The position numbers were made by a program, and so were the translations under genes. 64,000 nt of DNA from Okamejei kenojei (Eukaryota), in the NCBI GenBank assembly GCA_035221665.1, contig CM069160.1:1116001-1180000 (forward strand), read 5' to 3'. The notes beneath the pieces are model-generated. The model did not search any database, was not told the origin of the DNA, and was given only the letters and a program-made list of their open reading frames with translations. Positions 1 to 11,499 of the stretch are shown here, one piece after another. Position 1 is the first letter of the stretch; each line of letters starts with the position of its first letter.

Positions 1-189
1 CCTGGTGACCGGCATGGACCCAGGCTGCAGCTCGGTGCAATCCTTGAGGGACAACCAGTGCTGCAGGAAGTAAGTACCATAAGCCCCTGCATAGAAAACG
101 GTGGAAGACAGTGGACTTCAATGTTAGGTTGGTCTTGGTTGGGATGAAAAGCATCCTGGTGTGCCTGCTAGATTTCACTTATATGTTGG

Positions 190-505
190 GGAGTTCAGGA
201 ACAGGTGTCGCTGTTTAAGAATAAAAGGGTAGGCCAAGTAGGACTGAGATGAGGACAAACTTTCTTCACGCAGAGAGTTGTGAATCTGTGGAATTTCTTC
301 TGCCATAGGCAGTGCAGGCCAATCACTGGATGTTTTCAAGAGAGAGTTACCTTTAGTTCTTGGGCTAACAAAACATAAGGATGATAATATGGGGAGGAAA
401 CTGAAAGGTACTGATTTTAGATGAATAGCCATGATTCTTATTGAATGGCAGTGCTGCTCAAAGGGCCGATGGCCTATTCCTGCACCTATTTTCTATGTTT
501 CTACG
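190..505 (+). mobile_element. CR1/HER1-type LINE 3' end fragment
   Basis: Degenerate ...FTQRVVNLWNSLP coding tail and 3' UTR ending cctattttctatgtttcta, as in the many other copies in the window. Confidence 0.85.
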
Positions 506-1031
506 ATTGAGTGTATAGCAATAAAACTCGATACTTGATTTGAAAGTATTCATGCATGTTGGAGGTATAATGTAGTCATAGTGATTCGTCGTGAAAAAGG
601 GCCTTCGGTGCAAACTTGCCCACACCCGCCACCAACCAAGACCGCTACGCTACCTGCTTTTGGTCTATACCTCCAAACCTGTCCCTAATCCATGTCTAAC
701 AGTTTCTTAAATGTTTGGGATGGTCCCTGCCTCAAGCTCCACTGGCAGCTTGTTTCATACACCCACCACCTTTTGTGTGGAAAAAAAGCTACCCCTTAAA
801 AGGTTACCTCTTAGAAATACATCATAACAAAATACTGAATACCACAGAAAATATTATGTACTCTCTCAAGATCACATTTTAATAGAATAATATTGCTTAA
901 ATATATATAGTTATTGGACTTTTCATTTCGGAACAAAAGTCCTAGCTGAGAGGAAGACAACAAAATACTGAAAATATGGGGGGGTGAAAATGACTTCAGG
1001 GACTTCAGGTTTGTTATGAAAATGAAAGAAA

Positions 1032-1395
1032 TTGACAATAGGTGCAGCGAGCAGGCCATTCGCCCTTTCGAGCCAGCACCGCCATTCAATGTGATCATGG
1101 CTGATCATCCCCAATCAGTACCCCATTCCTGCCTTCCTCTCCCCCATATCCCTGACTCTCCGCTATTTTTAAGAGCCCTATCTAGCTCTTCTCTTGAATA
1201 ATCCAGAGAGACCTGACTCCACTGCCCTCTGAGGCAGAGAATTCCGCAGACTCACCACTCTCTGTGAGAAAACGTGTTTCCTCGTCTCCGTTCTAAATGG
1301 CTTACTCCTTATTCTTAAACTGTGGCCCCTGGTTCTGGAATCCCCCAACATCGGGAACATGTTTACTGCCTCTAGCGTGTCCAAGCCCTTAACAA
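1032..1395 (-). mobile_element. CR1/HER1-type LINE 3' end fragment
   Basis: ORF 1178..1384: FPMLGDSRTRGHSLRIRSKPFRTETRKHVFSQRVV. Confidence 0.9.
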
Positions 1396-2289
1396 ATGGT
1401 AAAAACTTATTGCTGAGTGAGTATAATTTTATGGATGAGAAATTGTGTTCGACCTATTGATGACTTATTTGACAAAGTAACTAGCATGTTAGATAACAAG
1501 GAAGCCAATGAATGTAGCAAATTTTTTTTTTTTTTGTTATGCATAATTTGGTCTTTTAAGTGCCCCATAAAGGATCACTGCATTAGATAAGCCACCTGTG
1601 GGCTTGAATGTAATAGGTTAAGACCAGGGGGTCAGATATGGGGCTTTATGTGTGGGCCAGATATATTGTCAGTGCAAAGGGGCTAGGAGCAAAGGCCAAG
1701 TGTGCATCCAGAGTCTAGGTCTGAATAGTACTAGGTCTGCAGTCAAAAGCTGGGACCCAGGGGAATGTTCAGCACTGGGAACCGAAGCAGGTAAATCAGC
1801 TATGATCACGTATTAGTAGAACAGAGTAAGGCTGGACTCGTCGGGGACAGGAATGAGAAGAAGGTATGCAACTGGGAGTCAGGGCCAGAGTAGTACCAGG
1901 TGTGCAGTGAGACCCAGATGGTCAGCATGGGCCAAGGGTATTGATTATAACCTGATATTCATACATGAATACATTAATATGCACCATATGAATACAGTAT
2001 GCACCATAATCGTACAATTTCCAAGCTGAAAAATGCAAAAGTTCGGTAGTACCATTGTGGGGGGGGCACCCTCCTCCCACCCCCCCCCCCCCCCCCAGTC
2101 GCTCTGCTCCCTCGGGCTTGGTCTCTCGCAATTTATGACTCCCAACTGTCACCCAATGTTGGCAGCCCTGAGACCCAATTCCGATCTCGCGTATTGGAGC
2201 AGTGAAAACCAACCTCTCCTGGGCTGTGGGTCAATAGTACGAAAACCTGATCCCTAACCAGTCTGAAAATCACCGTGTATATCTCTCGT

Positions 2290-2397
2290 TTCCCCGATCC
2301 CTAACCAGTCTGAAGAAGGGTCTCGACCCGAAACGTCGCCTATACTCCTTCGCTCCTTAGATGCTGCTGCACCCCGCTGAGTTTTCTCCAGCTTTTT
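2290..2397 (+). mobile_element. Penelope-like element terminus with minimal hammerhead-like motif
   Basis: CTGAAGA-A-GGGT-CTCG-ACCC-GAAA-CG-TC at 2310-2337, followed by the gatgctgc...ctgagtt..tccagc tail typical of these repeats. Confidence 0.65.
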
Positions 2398-2545
2398 GGA
2401 GTCGCCATGCAGTGAATGACTTGCGCCTCACAGACAGGTGAGCACTGCTCAGCCAACGGTTTATCTGCAGTCCCACCAGACGCCTATTGTGGTCCAAAAT
2501 CCTCACCACTGGGGGCGATAAACCACCGTCAACAAGCGCAGTTCA

Positions 2546-2664
2546 CCCGGCAACGATGACGCGTGAGGGACTAAGGCCTGTGATTGGGGAAGGCTGTAGG
2601 AAGTAAGATGACAGGTGACAATAGGCTTTCTGTTGGTTCCTGGTTTCACTTCTGGGGACTTTCC
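2546..2664 (+). promoter_or_regulatory. MHC-type regulatory module: X1/X2 box, Y box, ISRE and kB site
   Basis: CCCGGCAACGATGACG (2546), ATTGG 37 nt after the X start (2583), GGTTTCACTTCT (2642-2653), GGGACTTTCC (2655-2664). Confidence 0.7.
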
Positions 2665-3139
2665 AGCCAGATCCAGTTCCCATTGTCTGAACCAGAGTGA
2701 CTGGTTTGGACAAGGACAATCTTGCAGCTCAGGGGAGCAAGGAGATGGGAGAACATGTGAGCCTTGGGAAGACCAGAAAAGCTGCAGCAGAAACACAGCG
2801 GGTGAGGCAGCATCTATGCCGAGAAGATGGAATAGGCGACGTTTCTGGTCTAGACCTTCTTCGAGACCTTATGTCAGTCTGGGGAAATTATTGGAAAAAT
2901 ATATCTGAGGGACAATATTAATCCTCCCCTTGAGAAGGTAGAGATTAATCAACAGTCAGCTTGGTCTTGTTGGGTGGGAGATCCTGTCTGACAATGTAAG
3001 ACAGCACAGTCAATGTGGTTTAATGAGGTTTAGTAAAGCCTTCTGACAAGATTGCACATGCGACTTTGACTGGCCAATAGTTAGAGCCTGGTGGAACAGG
3101 GTAATGTGAGCTATTTGGATCTAAATTTGGCAGGTAATC

Positions 3140-3268
3140 AGACATTCCCATTTCCTCCACTGACCTTGCTGTTCTGGGCCTCCCCCCTTGTTAGCGTGAG
3201 TCCAAACGTAAATTGGGAGGAAACAGCACCTCATATTTTGCTTGGGTAGCTTAACAACCCAGCGGTTA
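3140..3268 (+). mobile_element. Penelope-like element GIY-YIG endonuclease C-terminal remnant
   Basis: Degenerate coding for ..DLAVLGL..C....RKLEEQHLIF.LGSLQPSG. Confidence 0.7.
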
Positions 3269-3269
3269 G

Positions 3270-4027
3270 GAAAAGGGGAGATGCAGCGAGATCTGGGAGC
3301 GAGAGTCAGTCATTGAAAGTAGGCATGCGGGTGCAGCAGGCAGTGAAGAAAGCGAATGGTATGTTTGCATTCATATCAAGCAAAGGAGATTTGAGTAAAG
3401 GAGCAAGGGAGGTTCTACTTCAGTTGTCCAGGGCCCTTGGTGAGACCACACCTGGAGTATTGCGTACAGTTTGGTTCTCCAAATCTGAGGAAGGAGCATT
3501 ATTGCCATAGAGGAAGTGCAGAGAAGGTTCACCAGACTGATTCCTGGGATGTTCAGTGGAAAAAAACTGTCTTATAAAGAAAGAACCGGATAGACTCGGT
3601 TTATTACTCTCTAGAATTTAGGAGATTGAGAGGGGATCTTATAGAAACTTTAACAAAATTCTTAAGGGAGTTGGACAGCTAGATGCAGGAAGATTGTTCC
3701 CGATGTTGGGAAAGTCCAGGACAAGGGGTCACAGTTTAAGTTTAAGGGGGACAATCCTTTAAGACTGAGATGAGAAAGACATTTTCACACAGAGAGTGGT
3801 GAGTCTCTGGAACTCACTGCCACAGAGTTGAGGCCAGTTCATTGGCTATATTTAAGAGGGAGTTAGATGTGGCCCTTGTGGCTAAAGGGATCAGAGGGTA
3901 TGGAGAGGAGGCAGGTACGGGATAACTTGAGTTGGGATGATCAGCCATGAATCATATTGAATGGCGGTGCAGGCTCGAAGGGGCCGAATGGCCTACTACT
4001 CCCGCATCTAATTTCTATGTTTCTATG
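3270..4027 (+). mobile_element. CR1/HER1-type LINE 3' fragment
   Basis: MKVGMRVQQAVKKANGM... RT C-terminus through to the 3' tail. Confidence 0.9.
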
Positions 4028-4814
4028 GTATGGAAAATGGACTTCTCTAACTTCAAGTAAACTCTTTTATCTCCTCTCTCTCCATCCCTTCCTCGCCCTA
4101 GTTTGTTATACCATTTTAACTGTCAACCTGCCCGTGAGTTCCATTGTATAACCCATTCTCACCTAACCTACACTTGTGGATCCCACGTTTCCTTGATTAA
4201 TTTGCATATATTCAATTCATTTTTCCTGTCCCTGGTTCCATCATGTCTCTTGTTCCCCTCTCTCCCATCATTTTGCCTGTGACCGGCCCCACCACCATGG
4301 TGTAATTTACAAACTTATAAAATGAGATTGGAGTTCGAGCCAAATTTAGCCGCTTAGTCGTGAGTGTATAGGGAATATATTTTGGGGGGACTGAGAATGC
4401 ATCTCTACGGGGCACCAATGTCCGAGAATTATTGTCGCCAACCCTCTCTGTTGGTGGTATTTTGTGGATCAGAAAAGCAATAATAACAACAAATTATTAT
4501 TGTTATTTGCACAATATTTGTTATTTATTCAAAAAAAAATTACCTGTTAAATACGATGTTTTACATATTCACATATCTGTTGTGCTGCAGCAAGTAAGAA
4601 TGTCATTGTCCCCGTCCAGGGACAAATGACAATAAAACTCTCTTGATCAGAGGCAGAGGAGGGTGTTTGATTCCCAGGTTCAAAGTTTGGTGATGAATTA
4701 GATATAGAATTTTGATGTTGAAGGTGTAGCTACAGTTAATAAATTGGAGTCTAATGTACGGAGGCCTTGTTGTCAGGGTTTTCCAGAGATTAGTTTATGA
4801 CCAGGGAGATGGTT

Positions 4815-5490
4815 TCTACCACTGTGTCCAACACACTCTCCACCCATCCAGACACTCACCACTGGTCCAGAACACTCACCACAGGGTCCAGACACTAGAC
4901 ACCCACTGGTCCAGACACTCGCCACTGTGTCCAGACACTCGCCACTGTTGTGCAGACACTCACCACTAGTGTGCAGACACTCGCCACTGGGTCCAGAAGA
5001 CACTCGCCACTGGGTCCAGACACTCGCCACCGGGCCCAGACACACCCCACAGGGCCCAGTACACTCGCCACCCGGCCAACACTCGACACTCGCCACCGGG
5101 TCCAGACACTCGCCACCGGTTCCAGACACTCGCCACCCACCGGGGTCCAGACACTCGCCACTGTGTCCAGACACTCCCACTGTGTCCCAACACTCGCCAC
5201 TGTGTCCAGAACTCGCCACCGGGTCCAGACACTCGCCAACCGGGTCCAGATCACTCGCCACCGGTCCGCCCCACACGGGTCCCAGACACTCGCCACCGGG
5301 TCCAACACTCGCCACCGGGTCTCAGAACACCGCGCACCGGGGTCCAGACACTCGCCACCGGGTCCAGACACTCCGCCACCGTCCAGAAACACTCGCCACC
5401 GGGTCAGGGACACTCGCCAGCGGGTCCAGACACTCAAGACATCTCGCCACGGGTCCAGACACTCGCCACCGTGTCCAGGGCCCCGCCACA
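4815..5490. repeat. Minisatellite, ~20 bp unit CCAGACACTCGCCACCGGGT
   Basis: Visible tandem copies; they account for the overlapping repetitive ORFs 4773-5696. Confidence 0.92.
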
Positions 5491-5559
5491 GAGGCTGCAC
5501 AGAAGGAGTCCAGTCACGAGCACTCCAGGGAAAAAGAGACGACAACCCAACATTGTTCA

Positions 5560-5602
5560 CCCGGAAGACTGGTGACGTTGCCCAAGGCTGGGCTGTGATG
5601 AG
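5560..5602 (+). promoter_or_regulatory. Degenerate X1/X2(-Y) module
   Basis: GTTCA-CCCGGAAGACTGGTGACG ... CTGTG-ATGAG; shares the GTTCACCCGG and CTGTGAT context with the 2546 module. Confidence 0.45.
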
Positions 5603-6739
5603 GGACGCCGTGTGTTGGCACCGGGCGATTTTACACCGGTGGTTTGGACCGCGTCTGTTTGTACCGCGGGTCTGTTCTCAGTCCCGAGACGCTTGACAGC
5701 TGACCTCCCCCCCCCTCCCCCCGACAATCCACAGCACACAATCACTGTAACCCTGTCAGTGCCGTGGAGCCTGTCCCCATATCCACGCACTCTCTGTTGT
5801 GCTAGAGCCAGGCCAAGGGGAAATAAAACAGGAAACATTCAGCAGGGCGGGCACGCTGTGAGATAGACAGTCATGTTCATAGCCATGACCTCACATCAGA
5901 GGCTGAGGAAAGTTAAGCAAGTTATAAGTGCTGAGAAAGAGGCGAACGGATATTACAAGTGGAGGGTGAATGCAGGTGAGGCCAGGGCCATGATCCCTGT
6001 TAAATCCCAGCTGAGCTGTCTGGGCTAAGTGTAACCCGGTGGAGATGATGTAAATAAGACAGCTTGAACTGAGAGAGTTTTTCTGGAAGAGTGAGATCGA
6101 AAGTGGAGATTAACGCAGATGTTTTAAGCTGAAATAAAAGATACGCTGGGTATACACAGCAGAGACGGGCAGCATCTGTGGGAAGAGAAAGATGCTTCAG
6201 GAGCCAATGTTCCGAATCATCACAGACTCAGTTTCTGATAAAAAGCAGGGAAAGATTGGTTATTTTCAGTCTGTCATCCGTGACGCTGCCCTGGGCTCCG
6301 CCCAGATGATGGGGTGCTACTCCCTGATTATGTTGGGATTCTAAAGCCAAGGTCAGTGAGGACAGAAGTGCCGAGTAGGACAGAGAATTAATGACAGGCA
6401 ACAAAAGCTTGAAGTCACCGCCCATCCTTGGTCACCGCTGTGAGCTGGCAGGTTGATTAACCCAATCTGTGTTCACGCTCCTCCAGTGAAAAATTGAGTG
6501 AGTGTACTAGACAGGAAGAGGTGCTCACGCATCGCTGCTTCAGCTGGGAGGAGGGTCCTCGTCAGTCCAAGGTGATACTAAAGCTAGGAGGGCAGCATGG
6601 CATTTTTCTATGGTTCCATAGGAATGTCCCAGGGGAAGGGAGTGGGTGTATGGTGGGAATGTTGAGACCAGAACAGGAGTCACACAGAGAGCAATCCCTT
6701 CATAAACTGAAACATTTTCGGAAGGTTGTCTAGGGCACT

Positions 6740-7170
6740 GAACGACACCTGTCCTGTGTACATACACCTGGTTACAGACCCTACACCAGTCCAGTGTATA
6801 CATACCTGGTCACTCGACCCTACACACCTGTCGGTGGTATACACATCTGCTCTCTGGCCCTACACCTGTCCTTGTGTACACACACCTGGTCACTGACCGA
6901 CACCTGTCCTGTGTAACACAACCTGGTCACTGACTGACACCTTCCTGTGTATACAACACCTGGGTCACAGACCGAACACCTGTCCTGTGTATCACACACC
7001 TGGTACACTGACCGACACCTGTCCCTTGGTACACACACCTGGTCACTGACCGACACCTAGCCTGGTGTAACACACACCAGGAGTCACTGGCCCTACACCT
7101 GTCCGGTGTGGCACACCTGGTCCACTGGCCCTCACACCTGACCTGTGTACACACCACCTGGTCCACCTGG
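6740..7170. repeat. Minisatellite, ~37-38 bp unit (ACACCTGTCCTGTGTACACACACCTGGTCACTGACC...)
   Basis: Visible noisy tandem copies. Confidence 0.85.
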
Positions 7171-7809
7171 GGTTGGTTCCTGTGTTTTATCACCGGGCAG
7201 GTGTTACGTGGGATGGAGAGGCAGTGGTGGTGCGAGCCTCATGAAGGGTGGTGTGTATTTTGGCGCTGTGGAGGTGGGGGAGGTGGCAGTCGATCTCACC
7301 TCTGACTGTGGGGTCGGGACTGCCCGCTCCGGGTGGAAACTATCAAGCGGCGCTCTCTGCCCCGGCGACTGCGACCGCTCCGTCGATTGTCTGTCCCGGG
7401 AGTGAACCCCCACATAGCCGGGCTCGTCGCCCAATAACCTTGTTCTCCAAACACATTTCTCTTAATTATCTGCTCTAAAACTAGATCCTATACTTCCGAT
7501 TGCCGACCCTTTTAATGCTTTCCGCACAAGGTCTAGCTTTGCTGGATAATTTAAACGGCGTTCCGTGAGGTGGGAACTGATCCCCGGACAACAATGTGTG
7601 GTTAGTTTGCCGCTGACAACTCCCTGAGTGATTCAGTGCTGACTTCGGCAGATTCACGCCGTGACCTCGAGCCACAAGTGGGTTGTCTGTCAGACTGACA
7701 TCTGTTGATGAATATGATTCTTAAAAAGCAGCCCGTTTGCTATTCTGGACTGTAACAGAAGCTGTCATTGCCCTGAGGGTTGAGCCCCGACGGTCCAACC
7801 TGTGAGACA

Positions 7810-8080
7810 GGGACTTTCCACAAAGCCGCTGGTCCAGCTGCACCAATCCAGGCTGCCCGCAGTTGTTGCCGGACAGGGATCAGTGCAGGGGCCGAAGGAA
7901 GCGGATCGGACATTCCTTCACGGTCCCTGCCTTGCAGCACTCCCTCACGCAGTTTAACACCGCCATTCAACTGCCCAGGAAGCAGCCGGAACCGAAGGCT
8001 TTGATGGAAAGTCCCTGCCGCAGGTCTGACCAGCCCGGGCCCAATTCCTCGGCTGATGCCAGCTCGGGGTGGAAGTTCCC
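7810..8080. promoter_or_regulatory. Cluster of three consensus NF-kB sites plus an X-like/CCAAT pair
   Basis: GGGACTTTCC 7810-7819, GGAAAGTCCC 8006-8015, GGAAGTTCCC 8071-8080; minus-strand TCCGGCAAC (7873-7865) with ATTGG (7847-7843). Confidence 0.6.
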
Positions 8081-8194
8081 CACAACACACAGAGCGGAAG
8101 CGGTCCAACAGTCCGAGCAGGGGAAGGGCGCAATGTTTTTCATAGAATCCTGCTAGACAACAGACAACGAAACACACACTTTGTCTTTGCAGAG

Positions 8195-9050
8195 ATCAGT
8201 AAATGTGGATAAAATGTGAGGTTATCCACTTGGTGGCAAAAACGAGAAAGCAGAACTATTATTTAAAATGTGGCCCGAATGAGGAAAAAGGGTGAGATGC
8301 AGCGAGACCTGGGTGTCCTGGATACACCATCATTGAAAGTAGGCATGCAGGTGCCAGCAGGCAGTGAAAATAAGCGAAAGGTATGTTTAGCTTTCATACA
8401 AAAGATTTTTGAATACAAGGAGCAGGGAGGTTCTACTTCATTGTACAGGTCTTGGTGAGACCACAAACCTGGAGTACTGACGTGCAGTTTTGGTCTTCCA
8501 AATCTGAGGAAGGACATTATTGCCCTAGAGGGAGTGCAGAGAAGTTCACCAGACTGATTCTTGGGATGTCAGGACTGTCCTTATGAAGAAAAGACTGGAT
8601 AGACTCCGGTTTATACTCTCTGGAATTTAGGAGATTAAGAGGGGATCTTATGAAACTTACAAAATCATAAGGTTGGACAGCCTAGTAATGCAGGAAGATT
8701 GTTCCCGATATTGGGGAAACCAGGACAAGGGTCCACAGCTTAAGGATAAGGGGGAAATCCTTTAAGAACCGAGATGAGAAAGACCTATCTTCACACAGAA
8801 GTGGTGAGTCTCTGGACTCTCCTCCACAGAGGTAGTTGAGGCCAGTTCATTGCTATAATTTAAGAGTGAGATTGGATGTGGCCCTTGTGGCTAAGGGGAT
8901 CAAGGGTATGAGAGAAGGCAGGTACGGGGATAGCTGAGTTGATGATCCATCAGCCATGATCATATTGAATGGCGGTGCACGGCTCGAAGGCTGAATGGCC
9001 TACTCCTGCACTAATTTCTAATTGTTTCTATGTTTCTATGTTTTCTATGT
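8195..9050 (+). mobile_element. CR1/HER1-type LINE 3' fragment
   Basis: KCEVIHFG..KGEMQRDLGVL.. through a (tttctatg)n tail. Confidence 0.9.
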
Positions 9051-9414
9051 CTTCACAGGTGTTGCCTGAACCGCTGAGTTTCCCCAGCAGCTTTTTTTTT
9101 TTTTTGCAGAAGGCCCTTCGGCCCATCTCGTCTATGCTAAACAAGGTGCCTTCCTCTCAGCTCGTCCATGTCCTGCGTTAGGCCCATATCCTTAGCTATC
9201 TTTTCCCATCCATGTCCAAATGTGTTTTAAACCAAAAGATCCTATAGCGGAGCTTGCTATTGGATCTTTGGTTGTAACTGCTGTAAATTGTGTTCACCTC
9301 TTCCATTATGTCCTTCTGTGTGAAAAATTGCCCCTCGGATTCTTTTCTCACACTGTTTAGTTTTAGACGCCCCTACTCTGGGAAAACCATTGTGATTTAT
9401 CTTTCCTATGGTTT

Positions 9415-9952
9415 AGACAATAGACAATAAGGTGCAGGAGGAGGCCATTTGGCCCTTCGAGTGCAGCTCGCCAGCATTCAATGTGATCATGGCTGATCAT
9501 CCCCAATCAGTTCCCCGTTCCTGCCTTCTCCCCATATCCCCTGACTCCGTTATTTTTAGAGCCCTATCATAGTCTCTCTCTTGAAAGCATCCAGAGAACC
9601 GGCCTCCACCGCCCTCTGAGGCAGAGAATTCCGCAGACTCATCACTCTCTGTGAGAAAAACGTTGTTTCCTCGTCTCCATTCTAAATGGCTTACTCCTTA
9701 TTCTGAAACTGTGGCCACTGGTCAGGACTCCCCAACATCGGGAACATGTTTTCATGCCTCCAGCGTGTCCAAACCCTTAACAATCTTATATGTTTCAATA
9801 AGATCCCCTTCATCCTTCTAAATCCAGAGTGTACAAGCCCAGCTGCTCCATTCTCTCAGCATAACAGAGTCCCGCCATCCCGGAATTAACCTGGTGAACC
9901 TACGCTGCAACGCACACCCTCAATAGCAAGATGTCCTTCCTCAAATTAGGGT
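9415..9952 (-). mobile_element. CR1/HER1-type LINE 3' fragment
   Basis: Reverse complement of the same 3' end with (agacaat)n tail. Confidence 0.9.
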
Positions 9953-10609
9953 ATCCTTGATGATTTTATAAATCTCCATCATGTCATCCCTCACCCCTCC
10001 TCTACTCCAGGAAAAATAGTCCAGGATGGTGGAAGGTTGCTTTCACCCGAACGTGGAAGCTTGTGACTAATGGTTGTGTCTAAGGGTTCGGTGCTGGGCG
10101 CAGACTTTACTTGTCTTCTCCAATTCTACATCAATGATTTGGGTGATGAACCGTACAGGGCATCATTAGCAAGTTTATAACTGAAACAAAAGTGGGTGAT
10201 ATTGCAGTTGGTGAAGATGCATTGCAGCAAGATCTTGATCGGTTGGGCAGGTGGCCTTAGCAATGGTTCATGGAATTTTTAAATACAGAGAAATGGGAGT
10301 GGTTGCAATTTGGGAAGGCTAACATTGGGCAGGACCACACAGTGAATGGTAGGACTCAGGGGGAGTGTTGTAGAGAGAGAGGGATATTGCAGTGCAGGTA
10401 CATAGTTCATTGAAAGCAGCATCACAAGTAGATAGTATGTGGTCAAAAAGACTTTTGTCACATCAGTTAAATATTGAGTACAGAAACTGGGACGGTCCAT
10501 GTTGCAGCTATATAAGACATCGATGAGGCTCATTTAGAGTACTGAGTTCAGATCTAGGCACCTAAGATTGTGACTGGATGTAAATGAACGTGTCCCAGAA
10601 TATCTTGAA

Positions 10610-10905
10610 ATGGGAGGGAGAGAGCCAGAGGTCGTGGTACATATAGGTACCAATGACATAGGTAGGAAAAGAAAGGAGGTCCTGAAAGGAGAATTTAGGG
10701 AGTTAGGAAGAGTGTTAAGGAGAAGGACCGCAAAAGGTAAACAATCTCAGGATTACTGCCTGTGCCACGCGACAGTGAGAGTAGGAATGGAGCAAGGTGG
10801 AGGATAAATGCGTGACTAAAGGACTGGTGCAGAGCGCAGAGATTCAAGTTTTCTGGATCAATGGGACCTATATTTGGGGAAGTGTGGACCTGTACAAAAA
10901 GGACG
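10610..10905 (+). mobile_element. CR1 ORF1 esterase (SGNH-like) fragment
   Basis: ORF 10610..10807 EPEVVVHIGTNDIGRK. Confidence 0.75.
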
Positions 10906-11499
10906 GCAGGTGGGACTAGTGTGTAAATGGGGCATGTTGGTCGGTGTGGGAAAGTTGGGCTGATGAATCTATGACTATTTATGACTCTGCTTAAAACTCA
11001 AAGCCCTTAAATCCTGACAACATCTTTGTGAATTCTTTCTGCCCTAATTCCATTTTAGGGGCATCCTTCCAATAGCTGGACGAGCAGAAGTTGTGCATGG
11101 TACTCTGTGGTCTCACCATCAACTTGTTCAGTTGTTCCACAACCTCTCAATGTTTGTACTGAGCGAAGGTATGCATGCCAAATCTCTTCTTCAACTCACT
11201 GTCTACTTTTTTCACCACATCAGGGAGCAATGTACCTGTACCCTTGGCCTCTATTCCACAACACCTCCAGGGCTCTGTCATTGGCTATGCAAGCCCTGCC
11301 CTGGTTGAACTAACCCAAAATGCAATCCATGGGTGCTGTTGGGAGGGGAGAAGTGTGTTGCTGTCACATGTCCAGTGGGACTGGTGCGAATAAGATAATC
11401 TCATTCTGTCCTTATTCTGTTCAATGCCATCAATCACAGGCCCATCTAGCTTAGCAATCCCCTGTCCCCTGTTCCCCTGGTCTCATTTTTCACACCAGT

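Noticed and set aside
915-1030. ISRE-like GAAAATGAAAG (~1018)
   Set aside because: Lies in AT-rich sequence at a LINE junction; plausible by chance
4773-5696. Overlapping repetitive ORFs and a CRISPR-like look
   Set aside because: Head-to-tail ~20-bp minisatellite without unique spacers; eukaryotic context with no cas genes
7280-8150. Possible minus-strand coding exon(s) (GFYEKHC..., DEPGYVGVH...QSE|GT)
   Set aside because: No recognisable protein, stops between segments, and the kB cluster suggests regulatory DNA; not fully excluded given the indel noise
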